A stretch of 64,000 nt of DNA from Clostridia bacterium (GTDB taxonomy: Bacteria; Bacillota; Clostridia; UBA1212; UBA1255): NCBI GenBank assembly GCA_017560765.1, contig JAFZEI010000028.1, positions 361 to 64,360 on the forward strand, in the 5' to 3' direction. The position numbers and the translations under genes were made by a program. This document shows positions 38,048 to 49,133 of the stretch, piece by piece (position 1 is the stretch's first letter; each line of letters starts with the position of its first letter). The notes beneath the pieces were generated by a model, which ran no database searches, had not been told where the DNA came from, and worked only from the letters and a program-made list of their open reading frames with translations.

Positions 38048-39775
38048 TTACATCTTTTCTACAACACGTACTCCAATCAAATACAATGCAGATTTTATAC
38101 ACACACAAGTAGCCTCTGTCAATTTAAGACGAGCATCTCTCAGCATCGGTTCAGACTTCATTATGTTACATGTATTGTAAAATTTATTAAACAACTGAGC
38201 AAGATCTGTAACATATCTTGTAACGCAGCATGGCTCATTCTTATTGGCAGCATCTTTTACAGCATCACCAAAGGAATTAATAAGCTTCACTAATTCAAAC
38301 TCATCATTTCCCTCAAGCAAAGATAAATCAGCCGCAGAATAATCTATTCCGCTTTCCTCTGCTTTTCTCAACACGCTTTTGCCTCTTGCATAGGCATATT
38401 GTACGTAAGGTCCTGACTCACCTTCGAAATCAAGTATATCCTTCCATGTGAAAACAATATCCTTTTCTCTACCGTTTTTAAGGAAGGAATATAAAATAGC
38501 TCCCACACCAATTTTTTCAGAAACCTCATCTATATCATCGATATTTTTACTTGTAGCACTGTTTATAATTACTTCTTTTGTTTTCTCAATAGACTCACGC
38601 AGTACATCCTCTAAAAATACAACATCTCCATGACGCGTTGATAAAACCTTATCAGGGAAGCGTACATAACCAAAGCCTACATGAACACAGTCTTTAGACC
38701 ACTCATATCCCATCTTATCAAGCACAGAAAAAATCTGTTTAAAATGAAGTGCTTGCGGTGTTCCCACGACATAAATATTCTTGTCAAAATCATACGTTCT
38801 TTTACGGTATATAGCAGCCGCCAAATCACGAGTTGCATATATTGTGGTACCGTCAGATTTAAGTATAATGCAAGGCGGTATATTGTCGTCATCGAAACGA
38901 ACAACTTGCGCTCCGTCACTTTCTTCTAAAAGGTTCTTTTCTTTAAGAAGCTCCACAACCTCAGGCATTTTATCCGAATAGAAGCTTTCTCCGGCATAAG
39001 AATCAAATGATATATCAAGAAGTTTATATGTCTTATTAAACTCCTTTAAGCTGGCGTCCACGAAAAATTTCCATAACTTTGTAATTTCTTCGTCCCCGTC
39101 CTCCAACAATTTGAAATATGCTCTTGCTTCATCCTCTAACTCCGGGTGCTCCTCTGCTTCACTGTGAAACTTAACGTATATTTTGAGAAGCTCGTTAATA
39201 GGATCTGCCTCGATTGTTTCCGCATCACCCCAGCGTTTATACGCACTGATAAGCTTACCGAATTGTGTTCCCCAGTCTCCGAGATGATTGATTTTTACAG
39301 TATCATAACCCAAGAACGAATATATTCTCTCCAACGAACTACCCAAAGCAGTTGTAACAAGGTGTCCTATATGAAAAGGTTTTGCTATGTTAGGCGAAGA
39401 AAACTCCACAAGAACCTTCTTACCTGCCCCTTCGTCTGACATTCCGTATCGTTCACCCTTTGCCAAAACGTCGGAAACAACTTCGCTCGCCAATTCACCG
39501 CGTTTAAGATAGAAATTCAGATAACCGCCTACTGCAGCAACTTTTTGAAAAAGCTTGCTGTTTGATACAGCTTCTCCAACTTTCTCGCATAATTCAGTAG
39601 CAATTGCAGGAGGAGCTTTACGAAAAGCCTTCGCAAGTGTAAAACACGGAAAAGCCGCATCTCCCATATCAGGGTTGGGCGGAACTGCCATAAGACGCTC
39701 TGCCTGCTCTGCTGTCAACTGCTCTGAATCCATCACGGATGCTATTATTTCTGCCGCTGCTTTTTTATAATTCAT
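38048..39775 (-). CDS. argS: Arginine--tRNA ligase.
   Basis: HIGH motif (SPNIAKPFHIGHL) and the class I Arg-tRNA synthetase domain arrangement. Confidence 0.95.
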   Translation of the reverse strand: MNYKKAAAEIIASVMDSEQLTAEQAERLMAVPPNPDMGDAAFPCFTLAKAFRKAPPAIATELCEKVGEAVSNSKLFQKVAAVGGYLNFYLKRGELASEVVSDVLAKGERYGMSDEGAGKKVLVEFSSPNIAKPFHIGHLVTTALGSSLERIYSFLGYDTVKINHLGDWGTQFGKLISAYKRWGDAETIEADPINELLKIYVKFHSEAEEHPELEDEARAYFKLLEDGDEEITKLWKFFVDASLKEFNKTYKLLDISFDSYAGESFYSDKMPEVVELLKEKNLLEESDGAQVVRFDDDNIPPCIILKSDGTTIYATRDLAAAIYRKRTYDFDKNIYVVGTPQALHFKQIFSVLDKMGYEWSKDCVHVGFGYVRFPDKVLSTRHGDVVFLEDVLRESIEKTKEVIINSATSKNIDDIDEVSEKIGVGAILYSFLKNGREKDIVFTWKDILDFEGESGPYVQYAYARGKSVLRKAEESGIDYSAADLSLLEGNDEFELVKLINSFGDAVKDAANKNEPCCVTRYVTDLAQLFNKFYNTCNIMKSEPMLRDARLKLTEATCVCIKSALYLIGVRVVEKM

Positions 39776-39792
39776 CTGAATTTCTCCTCTTT

Positions 39793-42228
39793 TTATACAA
39801 CTATATTAACAATTCTTCCCGGAACAGCAATTACCTTGCGTATTGTCTTACCGCCGATAAGTGCTTGTACTTCAGCATTTTCAAGTGCAAACTTTTCGGT
39901 TTCTTCCTTGCCATACTCAGAAGGTACCATAAGTTTCATTTTTACTTTGCCGCAAATCTGTATTGCCACCTCAACTTCAGCCTTAGCCATGGCTTTTTCG
40001 TCGTATGTGGGCCATTCGGATTTATAAATCGGCTTGTCTGAAAGCTTTTGAATCTGCCAAATTTCCTCTGTAATGTGAGGTGCTGCAGGATTCAAAAGTA
40101 ACAACAAAGCACTGAGCTCTTCACGTGTAATTTTGCCATAAGCATAAATATCATTTACAAGTGACATCATAGCTGCTATGGCAGTATTAAATTTCATCTT
40201 TTCATAGTCCTCAGATACCTTTTTAATTGTAGTATGGACTGCCGGCTTAAGCTCATCAGACATACCTTCTTCGTCTGTAAGAATGTCTTGTAACTTCCAC
40301 ACTCTGTCAAGGAATCTGTAGCATCCTCTTGCGCCTTGTGTAGACCACGGAATAGCTTGGTCAAATGCTCCCATAAACATCTCGTACACACGGAATGCAT
40401 CTGCACCGATTTCTGCTACAATATCATCGGGATTTATTACATTACCTCTGGATTTAGACATTTTTTCGCCGTTTTCTCCTAAAATCATACCATGAGAAGT
40501 TCTCTTAATGTATGGCTCAGGGCAAGAAATTACTCCTGCATCATAAAGGAATTTATGCCAAAATCTGGAATAAAGCAAGTGAAGTGTTGTATGCTCCATA
40601 CCACCGTTATACCAGTCAACAGGCATCCAATAATCCATAGCCTCTTTGGAAATCATTTCCTCTGAGTTCAGCGGATCACAGTATCTTATAAAATACCAAG
40701 AAGAGCCTGCCCACTGAGGCATTGTATCTGTTTCTCTCTTAGCCGGAGCGCCGCATTTAGGACATGTAGTATTCACCCATTCCGGTACATTTACCAAAGG
40801 TGACTCTCCGCTGTCTGTTTGAACGTAATTCTCTATATCGGGAAGTTTAACTGGAAGATCCTTTTCCGGAACAGGAACCCAACCGCAATGCTCACAATAA
40901 ACGAGCGGAATAGGCTCGCCCCAATATCTCTGTCTGCTGAATACCCAGTCACGAAGTTTATAATTAACTTTTTTGTGTCCGTATCCCTTATCTGCCAACC
41001 ACTCTTTGATTGTCTTTTTAGCCTCGGCAACAGACAATCCGTCAAGGAATTGAGAGTTTGTCATAATACCGCTTTCTATATCTGTATAAGGCGCGTTTTG
41101 AACGTCTCCGCCTTCAACTACTTCAATAATAGGAAGCCCAAATTTCTTAGCGAAAGCCCAGTCACGATCATCGTGTGCCGGTACCGCCATAATAGCACCT
41201 GTACCGTAAGATATAAGAACATAGTCAGAAATCCATACGGGTATTTCCTTACCGTTTACGGGATTTACAGCTGTGATACCCTTAAGAGGAACGCCTGTCT
41301 TGTCCTTTGCCATCTCAGTACGTTCAAAATCTGATTTTTTTGCTGCTTCTGCTTTATATGCAAGTACATCACTGTAGTTTTCAATTTTATCCTGTAATTT
41401 TTCTATAATAGGATGCTCCGGTGAAACAACCATGTATGTTGCACCGAAAAGTGTGTCGGGACGTGTAGTGTAAACAGTGAGTATTCCGCCGTCAATATCA
41501 GCTGCTGCAGGAACTTTAAAGTCTACCTCTGCACCCTCGCTTCTGCCTATCCAGTTACGTTGTTGTGTTTTTACTTTTTCTATAAAATCTACGCCGTCAA
41601 GACCGTCAAGAAGTTTTTGTGCGTAGTCTGTGATTTTAAGCATCCATTGAGACTTTACTTTTCTTACTACTTCTCCTCCGCAACGCTCGCACACTCCGTT
41701 TACAACCTCTTCGTTAGCAAGGCCTACTTTACATTCTGTGCACCAGTTTATCGGAATTTCTGCTTTATAAGCAAGTCCTTTTTCAAATAATTTTAAGAAA
41801 ATCCACTGTGTCCATTTATAGTAAGCAGGATCTGTTGTGTTTATTTCTTTTGACCAGTCAAAAGAAAAGCCTATTTTCTTAAGCTGACTCTTAAAATGTG
41901 CAACATTTTTCTCTGTTACAATTGAAGGATGTACTTTATTTTTTATTGCAAAATTTTCTGCAGGAAGACCGAATGCGTCCCAACCTATAGGAAAAATTAC
42001 ATTGTAGCCTTCAAGTCTGCGTTTTCTTGCAATAATATCCATTGCTGTATTAGAACGAGGATGACCTACGTGAAGACCATTTCCCGAAGGATACGGGAAC
42101 TCAATCAGACCATAAAATTTCTTTTTGCTTTTATCAATAACGGCTTCGAAAGCTTTATCTTCTTCCCAAATTTTTTGCCATTTAGCTTCTATATCTGCCG
42201 GTCTATACTCATACATTTTTTCTTTCAT
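39793..42228 (-). CDS. leuS: Leucine--tRNA ligase.
   Basis: HVGHPRSNT and KMSKSRGN motifs and a CP1 editing domain. The start is the ATG 9 nt after the AAGGAG ribosome-binding site. Confidence 0.95.
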   Translation of the reverse strand: MKEKMYEYRPADIEAKWQKIWEEDKAFEAVIDKSKKKFYGLIEFPYPSGNGLHVGHPRSNTAMDIIARKRRLEGYNVIFPIGWDAFGLPAENFAIKNKVHPSIVTEKNVAHFKSQLKKIGFSFDWSKEINTTDPAYYKWTQWIFLKLFEKGLAYKAEIPINWCTECKVGLANEEVVNGVCERCGGEVVRKVKSQWMLKITDYAQKLLDGLDGVDFIEKVKTQQRNWIGRSEGAEVDFKVPAAADIDGGILTVYTTRPDTLFGATYMVVSPEHPIIEKLQDKIENYSDVLAYKAEAAKKSDFERTEMAKDKTGVPLKGITAVNPVNGKEIPVWISDYVLISYGTGAIMAVPAHDDRDWAFAKKFGLPIIEVVEGGDVQNAPYTDIESGIMTNSQFLDGLSVAEAKKTIKEWLADKGYGHKKVNYKLRDWVFSRQRYWGEPIPLVYCEHCGWVPVPEKDLPVKLPDIENYVQTDSGESPLVNVPEWVNTTCPKCGAPAKRETDTMPQWAGSSWYFIRYCDPLNSEEMISKEAMDYWMPVDWYNGGMEHTTLHLLYSRFWHKFLYDAGVISCPEPYIKRTSHGMILGENGEKMSKSRGNVINPDDIVAEIGADAFRVYEMFMGAFDQAIPWSTQGARGCYRFLDRVWKLQDILTDEEGMSDELKPAVHTTIKKVSEDYEKMKFNTAIAAMMSLVNDIYAYGKITREELSALLLLLNPAAPHITEEIWQIQKLSDKPIYKSEWPTYDEKAMAKAEVEVAIQICGKVKMKLMVPSEYGKEETEKFALENAEVQALIGGKTIRKVIAVPGRIVNIVV

Positions 42229-42259
42229 TACAAGCATCTCCTTAAATTATATCTGTAAA

Positions 42260-43648
42260 TTATTCTGATCTTTCTGACAACTCGATATATCCTTGTTTGC
42301 CGCCTACATTTTTATAGGCAGGTCTGATAATCCTATTGCTGACAGCAAGCTCTTCAAGTCTGTGAGCACTCCATCCTGCAATTCTTGATATTGCAAAAAT
42401 AGGAGTATACAGTTCTTTTGGAATATTAAGCATAGTATACACTAAGCCGGAATAAAAATCCACGTTGGCACACATAACCTTTGAGGATTTCTTATATTCT
42501 TCAAATGCAATAGGAGCCAACTCTTCGACTGTATTATAGAATTCAAATTCGTCAACCCATTCCTGTCCCATTGCATTTGCAAGTTCTTCTGCTTTACGCT
42601 TTAAAAGTTTTGCTCTCGGGTCAGACTTTGTGTAAACTGCATGACCTATACCGTAAATAAGTCCTGATTTGTCATAAGCCTGTTTATCTAAAATTTTGAT
42701 AAGATAGTCTTTTATCTGTCCTTTGTCCTTAGTGTCGGTGATATGATTTTTCATATCTTTTATCATCTCCATAACACAGTGATTTGCACCGCCGTGTTTA
42801 GGACCTTTTAATGCACCTGTTGCGGCTGCCATAGCAGAATACGTATCTGTTCCCGTAGATGTTACAACATGAACTGTAAAAGTGGAGTTATTTCCGCCAC
42901 CGTGTTCCGCATGTAAAACTAACGCAAGGTCAAGTGACTCTGCCTCAAGCTGTGTAAACTTGCTGTCAGGGCGAATCATCTGCAAAAAGTTCTCTGATGT
43001 AGAAAGTCCTTTTTGAGGATTGTGGATATAAAGGCTCTCGTCATAATAATAATGGCACCTTGTTTGATATGCATACGCTGCCATTGTAGGCATTTGAGCG
43101 AGAAGTCTTATACATTGACGCATAACGTTCTTATACGATATATCATCCGGATTAGGATCGTATGAATAAGAAGCCAAAATACATCTGGCGAGCTTATTCA
43201 TAATGTCTTTGCTGGGAGCTTTCATTATCATGTCCTCTGCAAAGCCCTCGGGAAGTCTCCTGTATTCGTCTAACAGAGCTTTGAAATCTTTAAGCTGCCT
43301 TGCTGTGGGCAACTTTCCTGTAATTAAAAGATATGCAGTTTCTTCAAAGCCGCAACGGTTGTCTCGTTCAAAACCATTAGCCAAATCCTCTACACTTATT
43401 CCTCTGTACAAAAGTTTACCGTCAATAGGCACTTTCTCGTTTTCTTCAATAATATATGCACGTACATCACCAATGCTTGTAAGACCTACAAGCACACCCG
43501 TATTGTCTGAATTTCTCAAACCGCGCTTTACGTTATATTTAGCATAAAGATCCGGGTCAAAGGTATCTTTTGCTACGGCTGTTTCTGCCATTTCTTGTAT
43601 AAAACCGCCGTACTTTTCTAGTGTAGAATCATAATCGTGACGATACAT
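42260..43648 (-). CDS. Citrate synthase.
   Basis: Catalytic His motifs (LHAEHGGGNNSTFT; GIGHAVYTKSDPRA) and a conserved Asp region. The start is the ATG after the GGAGGA ribosome-binding site. Confidence 0.85.
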   Translation of the reverse strand: MYRHDYDSTLEKYGGFIQEMAETAVAKDTFDPDLYAKYNVKRGLRNSDNTGVLVGLTSIGDVRAYIIEENEKVPIDGKLLYRGISVEDLANGFERDNRCGFEETAYLLITGKLPTARQLKDFKALLDEYRRLPEGFAEDMIMKAPSKDIMNKLARCILASYSYDPNPDDISYKNVMRQCIRLLAQMPTMAAYAYQTRCHYYYDESLYIHNPQKGLSTSENFLQMIRPDSKFTQLEAESLDLALVLHAEHGGGNNSTFTVHVVTSTGTDTYSAMAAATGALKGPKHGGANHCVMEMIKDMKNHITDTKDKGQIKDYLIKILDKQAYDKSGLIYGIGHAVYTKSDPRAKLLKRKAEELANAMGQEWVDEFEFYNTVEELAPIAFEEYKKSSKVMCANVDFYSGLVYTMLNIPKELYTPIFAISRIAGWSAHRLEELAVSNRIIRPAYKNVGGKQGYIELSERSE

Positions 43649-43799
43649 TTTATTTCCTCCAACAAAATAAGCTACAAATAAATAAGCCATTATACCGACC
43701 TATCTGCATAAACAGTAAGCACAAGTATAATAGCTTATTTTATTAAATCGTTTCAATTATGTCAATCGTTTATTGCAAATTTACTTTGCCTGCCAAAAA

Positions 43800-45869
43800 T
43801 CACTCTTCGTCATCAACCAAGTTTTTCTTAGCTTCTTCAATGATTTTCTTAGCTATATTATCCGGAACATCCTCGTACCTTGCAAATTCAGTCTTGAATG
43901 TACCTCTTGCCTGCGTCATAGCGCGAAGGTCTGTAGCGTATTTAACCATTTCCGAATAAGGAGCCTCAGCAACGATTTCCTGCATTCCGTTCTCCATAGG
44001 ATTCATGCCCAAAACGCGGCCGCGGCGCTTGTTCATATCACCTATTATATCGCCCATGTATCTTTCCGGCACATAAATATTTACACTGAGAACAGGTTCG
44101 AGCAATACAGGATTTGCTTGTTTCATACCTGCTTTAAAAGCAATCTTTGCAGCAGAAACAAATGCGACTTCTTTTGAGTCAACGGGGTGATACTTACCAT
44201 CTACGAGAGTAGCTTTAAGATTAACAACAGGGAATCCTGCAAGTACACCTTTCTTAACGCTTTCTTGAAGACCCTTCTCAACAGACGGGAAGAATTGTTT
44301 CGGCACTGCGCCTCCGAAAACTTTTTCGCAGAATTCCAATTCAGCATTTTCTCCCGGTTCGAACTCAATAACAACTTTACCGTATTGACCTGCTCCGCCG
44401 GACTGTTTCTTGTGAAGTCCTTCTGCCGAAACTTTCTTTCTGATAGTTTCTCTGTACGGAATTATTGGCTCTTCCAGCTCAACGGAAACGCCGTAACGCG
44501 TTTTGAGCTTACTTACTATTGTATCTATGTGTTGGTCGCCAAGACCTGACACAAGCATTTGGCCTGTCTCTTTATTCGTTTCAAATTTAATAACAGGATC
44601 CTCGTCTCTTAATTTTGCAATGCCTGCACTGATTTTTTCTTCATCGCCTCTTGCTTTAGGAGCAATGCCCAATGTAAGCTGAGGCTCCGGGAATGGCGTT
44701 GCGGCTATTATAATAGGTTTTGTTTTAGAACCTAATGTGTCATTTGTTGTAGTAACACTTAATTTTGCAACTGCTCCCAAGTCACCGCACACAAGCTCTT
44801 TAACAGGGATTTGCTTTCTGCCTCTTAATACGAAAATCTGTCCTATCTTCTCGTCTGCACCCTTATTTGCATTGTACATTATGGTATCAGGCTTCATAGT
44901 ACCTGAACAAACTCTGAAAAGTGACAAACGACCGACAAACGGATCTGCAATAGTCTTATATACAAACAAAGTAGGATGTCCGTCAGGATCAGGCTTCATC
45001 TGTTGCGGATTACCGTCTGCATCTGTGTAGTCCAATATAGTTCTCTCAAGCGGAGAAGGCATATAATCAACTATAAAGTCCATAAGTTTCTTAACACCGA
45101 TATTTTCATACGAAGAGCCCAAAAGAACAGGTGCGCAAGTACAATTATTAATTGCAACTTTAAGTCCCTTTATAATTTCTTCTCTTGTAAATCTCTCTCC
45201 GCCAAAGAATTTTTCCATAAGCTCATTGTCAGTCTCAGCAACTATTTCTGAGAGATTCAAATGAATGGCCTCTGCTTTTTCAACCATATCTGCAGGAAGT
45301 TCTCCGTCGACCAAATTACCGAAGTTATCAAATACTCTTGCTTGCAAGGTGATTCCGTCTACAACGCCCACAAGTTTACCGTTCTTTCTTATAGGAAGCT
45401 GAAGAGCAACACACGGTTTTCCCAGCATTTCTTTAAGCTCTGCGTAAATTTTATCAAAATCTGCATTTTCATCATGCATTTTATTAACAAAAATCACTCT
45501 CGGTATATTTCTGTTACTTGCAAATTCCCACGCTTTCTCTGTACCTACCGTCATTGTGGAAGAAACAACAATAACAGCAGAATCTACTACCGAAACAGCC
45601 TCTAACATCTCTCCCGCAAAATCAAAATATCCCGGTGTATCTATAATATTAACTGTAGAACCTCTCCAATCAAAAGGAGCTGTAGCAAGGCTCACAGAAG
45701 CTTTTCTTCGAACTTCTTCAGGGTCGCAATCGAGAACGGTATTACCGTCACTTACTCTGCCCAAACGATCTATTGCGCCTGCATTATACAACATTGCCTC
45801 AGCAAGGGATGTTTTTCCCATACCGCCGTGTCCCAAAAGTACCACGTTTCTTAAATCAGAACTTTTCAT
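43800..45869 (-). CDS. EF-G-family translational GTPase; a stand-alone EF-G paralogue.
   Basis: G1 GHGGMGKTS, G3 DTPGYFDF, G4 NKMH, and EF-G domains II-V. It is not in a str-operon context. Confidence 0.7.
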   Translation of the reverse strand: MKSSDLRNVVLLGHGGMGKTSLAEAMLYNAGAIDRLGRVSDGNTVLDCDPEEVRRKASVSLATAPFDWRGSTVNIIDTPGYFDFAGEMLEAVSVVDSAVIVVSSTMTVGTEKAWEFASNRNIPRVIFVNKMHDENADFDKIYAELKEMLGKPCVALQLPIRKNGKLVGVVDGITLQARVFDNFGNLVDGELPADMVEKAEAIHLNLSEIVAETDNELMEKFFGGERFTREEIIKGLKVAINNCTCAPVLLGSSYENIGVKKLMDFIVDYMPSPLERTILDYTDADGNPQQMKPDPDGHPTLFVYKTIADPFVGRLSLFRVCSGTMKPDTIMYNANKGADEKIGQIFVLRGRKQIPVKELVCGDLGAVAKLSVTTTNDTLGSKTKPIIIAATPFPEPQLTLGIAPKARGDEEKISAGIAKLRDEDPVIKFETNKETGQMLVSGLGDQHIDTIVSKLKTRYGVSVELEEPIIPYRETIRKKVSAEGLHKKQSGGAGQYGKVVIEFEPGENAELEFCEKVFGGAVPKQFFPSVEKGLQESVKKGVLAGFPVVNLKATLVDGKYHPVDSKEVAFVSAAKIAFKAGMKQANPVLLEPVLSVNIYVPERYMGDIIGDMNKRRGRVLGMNPMENGMQEIVAEAPYSEMVKYATDLRAMTQARGTFKTEFARYEDVPDNIAKKIIEEAKKNLVDDEE

Positions 45870-45967
45870 ATACATTCCTCCCAATAATATATTTAAATTT
45901 CTTTAAAGAATATTAAATTTTCGCGTTCTTACTAATGGAGAAATTTTATCACAAGCCGTACTTCATG

Positions 45968-47155
45968 TCAATTATTTTCCGAAAAAACCGTTATCCCCAC
46001 ATCTTCTAAAACTTCTGCGGTTATACAATAATATTGTTTGCCTGACCTTTCAAAAACGCTGCTTTTTGTATTTAACACTTGCCCCTCATCCGGTATCGAC
46101 GCATCCAAAGCTCCTTGCGCTTTAAGCGCCGCTCTGTATACAGCTTCTTCTTCTGAAAGCGTAACTGTCTCCCAAACGGTCTCCCTCTTCACAAGCTTCG
46201 ATGTGCCGAAAGGCATTTTTACATTTTTACCAAAATATTTCTCTGTATACACACTGTCATAGCTTTTAAAAGCTTCATCTCCCCAATTCCACGGGAGCCA
46301 CTTCCACTCAGGCGGTTCAATTTTAAAATCAAAAATCAAAAGAGATTTTACAGTTTGCTCTTTACCTGTATATTTAAGTGTTTCTACTTCCTTTTCTACG
46401 GGAACCTCAGCCTTATACCACACAATCCCCATTATTTGCGCTTTGGCATGCTTGCCCTCTCCCATAACTACTACCTGTCCTTTCAGAGCAGTATTTCCCG
46501 TATCTATTATCTGTTTCCCCTGCTCTACAGTGACCTTTTGCAAAAGGCAATCTTTCGACACTGCCAAATCACACGCCTCATCTTCGGAAATCTCGTCGCC
46601 CTTTTTGCCTTCGTAGTGTACACCCTCTACTATTTCAATACATATTTTTGTTCCCTTCTTTTTCACCCCTACCCAGCAGAGATTCTTTTGCCCAAGAAGC
46701 AGTTGTTCTGCCAGCGCCCGTGAATTAACATTTGACATAAACATACCTTTTCTTATGCCTAATTCAGAGGCGAGCACCCTGGTATTCCGTACAGAAAGAG
46801 GATCCGTCCCTTCTACTGAGACATTCCACACAAGCGAGCTCATAAGCGCAAACAAGCCGCAAAGCAGTACAGACAGTATCATCAAAGCTTTTCTTGTCTT
46901 ATACCGCCTTAACGTATATATAAGGCCTTCTTTTTTTAAAACTTTTACTCTGACACATGCCTTTAACGCAGTAGAATGCACGTTTTTTAAATATTCCGAA
47001 GCAAGCATACACATGGTAAATTCTTTCTCGGAAATTTGTGTAAGATCCCAAATAGCAATCCTTCTTCTTATACAAATATTGATAAATTTTTGCGGTCTTT
47101 GTCCTGTTATTTTTATTTTTACATAATTTTGAATATAGCTTAAAACTCTGTACAT
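45968..47155 (-). CDS. yqfD: Sporulation protein YqfD.
   Basis: ~395 aa with a single transmembrane helix and YqfD-like organisation. It lies downstream of a YabP/YqfC-family gene. Confidence 0.6.
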   Translation of the reverse strand: MYRVLSYIQNYVKIKITGQRPQKFINICIRRRIAIWDLTQISEKEFTMCMLASEYLKNVHSTALKACVRVKVLKKEGLIYTLRRYKTRKALMILSVLLCGLFALMSSLVWNVSVEGTDPLSVRNTRVLASELGIRKGMFMSNVNSRALAEQLLLGQKNLCWVGVKKKGTKICIEIVEGVHYEGKKGDEISEDEACDLAVSKDCLLQKVTVEQGKQIIDTGNTALKGQVVVMGEGKHAKAQIMGIVWYKAEVPVEKEVETLKYTGKEQTVKSLLIFDFKIEPPEWKWLPWNWGDEAFKSYDSVYTEKYFGKNVKMPFGTSKLVKRETVWETVTLSEEEAVYRAALKAQGALDASIPDEGQVLNTKSSVFERSGKQYYCITAEVLEDVGITVFSENN

Positions 47156-47170
47156 AGCTGTTCTCCGTCG

Positions 47171-47377
47171 TTATTTATAAGCAATGCCGTCTATTATTCC
47201 TTTCACACATAAATATTCATCAGTAATCTCTGCAATTTCCAATTGTTTACCGAAAACACAAATTATTCCTGCAATACTAAATATTTCCACACATCTGTCA
47301 TTACAAGAACATATTCCCTTATGTGTAAGAATCTGTGCTTTTCGTTTGCCGTAAAGCCTTATAGACGGAATGTTCAT
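47171..47377 (-). CDS. yqfC: YabP/YqfC-family sporulation protein.
   Basis: IRLYGKRKAQILTHKGI...GKQLEIAEITDEYLCVKGIIDGIAY fits the YabP-family pattern. It is short (68 aa). Confidence 0.55.
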   Translation of the reverse strand: MNIPSIRLYGKRKAQILTHKGICSCNDRCVEIFSIAGIICVFGKQLEIAEITDEYLCVKGIIDGIAYK

Positions 47378-48204
47378 ATTAATTCCTCCGGCGAGCCAAA
47401 TTCATATCCTTGCTTTCGCGCTTCTCTTATTATCGCCGAAAGTGCATCGGCATTGTCTTTTGATACTGCGTGGAGCAATATAACTGCTCCGTTATGAAAA
47501 TTATCGCTCACCATTTTCAAAGCGTAATCTGCGCCCTTTTGAGAATCAGTCAGCCAATCTTGATAAGCAAAACTCCACATGATACACTTATAGTTAAGCT
47601 TCCTCGTAATTTCAAGAACCTGACTGTTATATTCCCCTTTGGGCGGTCTAAAAAAATGCATGTGCTGACCGAACTTGTTATAAAACAGTCTGTCAAGCTC
47701 CAAAATCTCACTTTCACACTTGTCGTATTTAAGTTCCGGCATGGAATAGTGGTTCAAGGAATGATTCCCCACACTATGTCCCTCTTCAAGCATTCGTCTT
47801 ATGATACTATCGTTTTTCTCAAAATAATCACCGGTTATAAAAAATATCGCCTTAACATTTTCCTCTTTCAATGTGTCAAGGATATCTTCTGTGTAGCCAT
47901 TCTCGTATCCTTCATCAAAAGTCAAATACATCTTATTCTCATTAATATCCCCAAGGTACATTCCGCCTCCGTCTAACAAAAGACGCACCTCGTCCTTCCC
48001 TGCCTCCGGAATAGCTCCGTTTTTACCCCTGCACAACCCCCATCTGTAAACGGATTTATCTGCACTCGTGGCTGTTTGTACTATTTCTACGGAATACCTG
48101 TCTTCGCCTTCTTTGTACATCACACCTGACATTCTCATTATAGGATACACAAGAAGCAGCATAAGAAGCATTGCCGGCATTGTAATAAAAATTTTTGAAC
48201 GCAT
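47374..48204 (-). CDS. Polysaccharide deacetylase-family protein (sporulation PdaB-like).
   Basis: N-terminal transmembrane helix or signal peptide. NodB motifs TFDEGY and HSLNHY are present. Confidence 0.7.
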   Translation of the reverse strand: MRSKIFITMPAMLLMLLLVYPIMRMSGVMYKEGEDRYSVEIVQTATSADKSVYRWGLCRGKNGAIPEAGKDEVRLLLDGGGMYLGDINENKMYLTFDEGYENGYTEDILDTLKEENVKAIFFITGDYFEKNDSIIRRMLEEGHSVGNHSLNHYSMPELKYDKCESEILELDRLFYNKFGQHMHFFRPPKGEYNSQVLEITRKLNYKCIMWSFAYQDWLTDSQKGADYALKMVSDNFHNGAVILLHAVSKDNADALSAIIREARKQGYEFGSPEELI

Positions 48205-48290
48205 AAAAAAAGCGGCACTCCTTTACAATATTGTCTTTACAATATCTATTCCGGTTTGCCGCTGTTTATGACGTGTTAGTATTATTTGTT

Positions 48291-49133
48291 TTATTCTGCG
48301 TTTTTAAGTAAATTTGTATTTATATCATCCGGCTTGCAGCCCTCCATAATAATGCTTTCTCTCATACCCCATGTTATTTCACAAGCCTTTTCATTCTCTA
48401 ATGCTCCCAAGGGGCCGTTACCGTTTAAATAAACGCCGCTGTAAAGCTTATCCGGTGCACCTATTGCATAAATTTCAAACGGGGCAGAGTGCTGTCTGCC
48501 GTTAATTATAACATACTGTCCTACAATTCTGATTTCAGACATGGCAGTAAGCCTTTCTCCGTTTATAGAAATTGCTTGTGCAGAACTTGCCTTTAACTCA
48601 TTTACCAAACTCAGCAGATGTCGCTGAAGTGTTGCTGAAAGTATATCTCCCGTCAATGTAACGGAAATATACAATCCTTCCCCCTCAACCTTTGTAACAC
48701 CTGAAAATTTTTTAATGCTGTTTAATTCTTCTTCCAGCTTTTGTATTTGTTCTTCATTTGTTGCACTTTCGAGAAGTTCTACCTTTTCAGATAGTTCTTT
48801 ATTTTCTGTTTCAAGAGTGTTTAGTTCTTGCTCAAGATTAAGTATATTTGTCTGATACAGCGCTATCTTATCTGTATCTGCACCATGGCTCCCGGCCGAA
48901 TTAAGACTTTTATACTGAATCGAAATAACAACACCCATTACTACGCATACTGCGGTTATTGCCACATCACGTATAACGGCTGCTTTTTTCTTTTTCTTTT
49001 CTCTCATTCTTTTCACTACGTCAGTAACGTCAGAAGCTTCAGCTTCTTTATTAGCAGTAGTATTCTGTTGTTGTATATTTTTATCTTCTTCTGCCATTTT
49101 TTTCTCCTGATTTTTATTATTTAAGCAAATCAA
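48291..49133 (-). CDS. DUF881-family protein (YlxW/YlxX-like, cell-division associated).
   Basis: Transmembrane anchor, coiled-coil, and DUF881-like C-terminus. Confidence 0.5.
   Translation of the reverse strand: MICLNNKNQEKKMAEEDKNIQQQNTTANKEAEASDVTDVVKRMREKKKKKAAVIRDVAITAVCVVMGVVISIQYKSLNSAGSHGADTDKIALYQTNILNLEQELNTLETENKELSEKVELLESATNEEQIQKLEEELNSIKKFSGVTKVEGEGLYISVTLTGDILSATLQRHLLSLVNELKASSAQAISINGERLTAMSEIRIVGQYVIINGRQHSAPFEIYAIGAPDKLYSGVYLNGNGPLGALENEKACEITWGMRESIIMEGCKPDDINTNLLKNAE

Noticed and set aside
42238-42259. T-box or attenuator leader for leuS
   Set aside because: Only 31 nt separate the citrate-synthase stop and the leuS start, and that space is occupied by the ribosome-binding site. 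No T-box specifier or antiterminator sequence fits.
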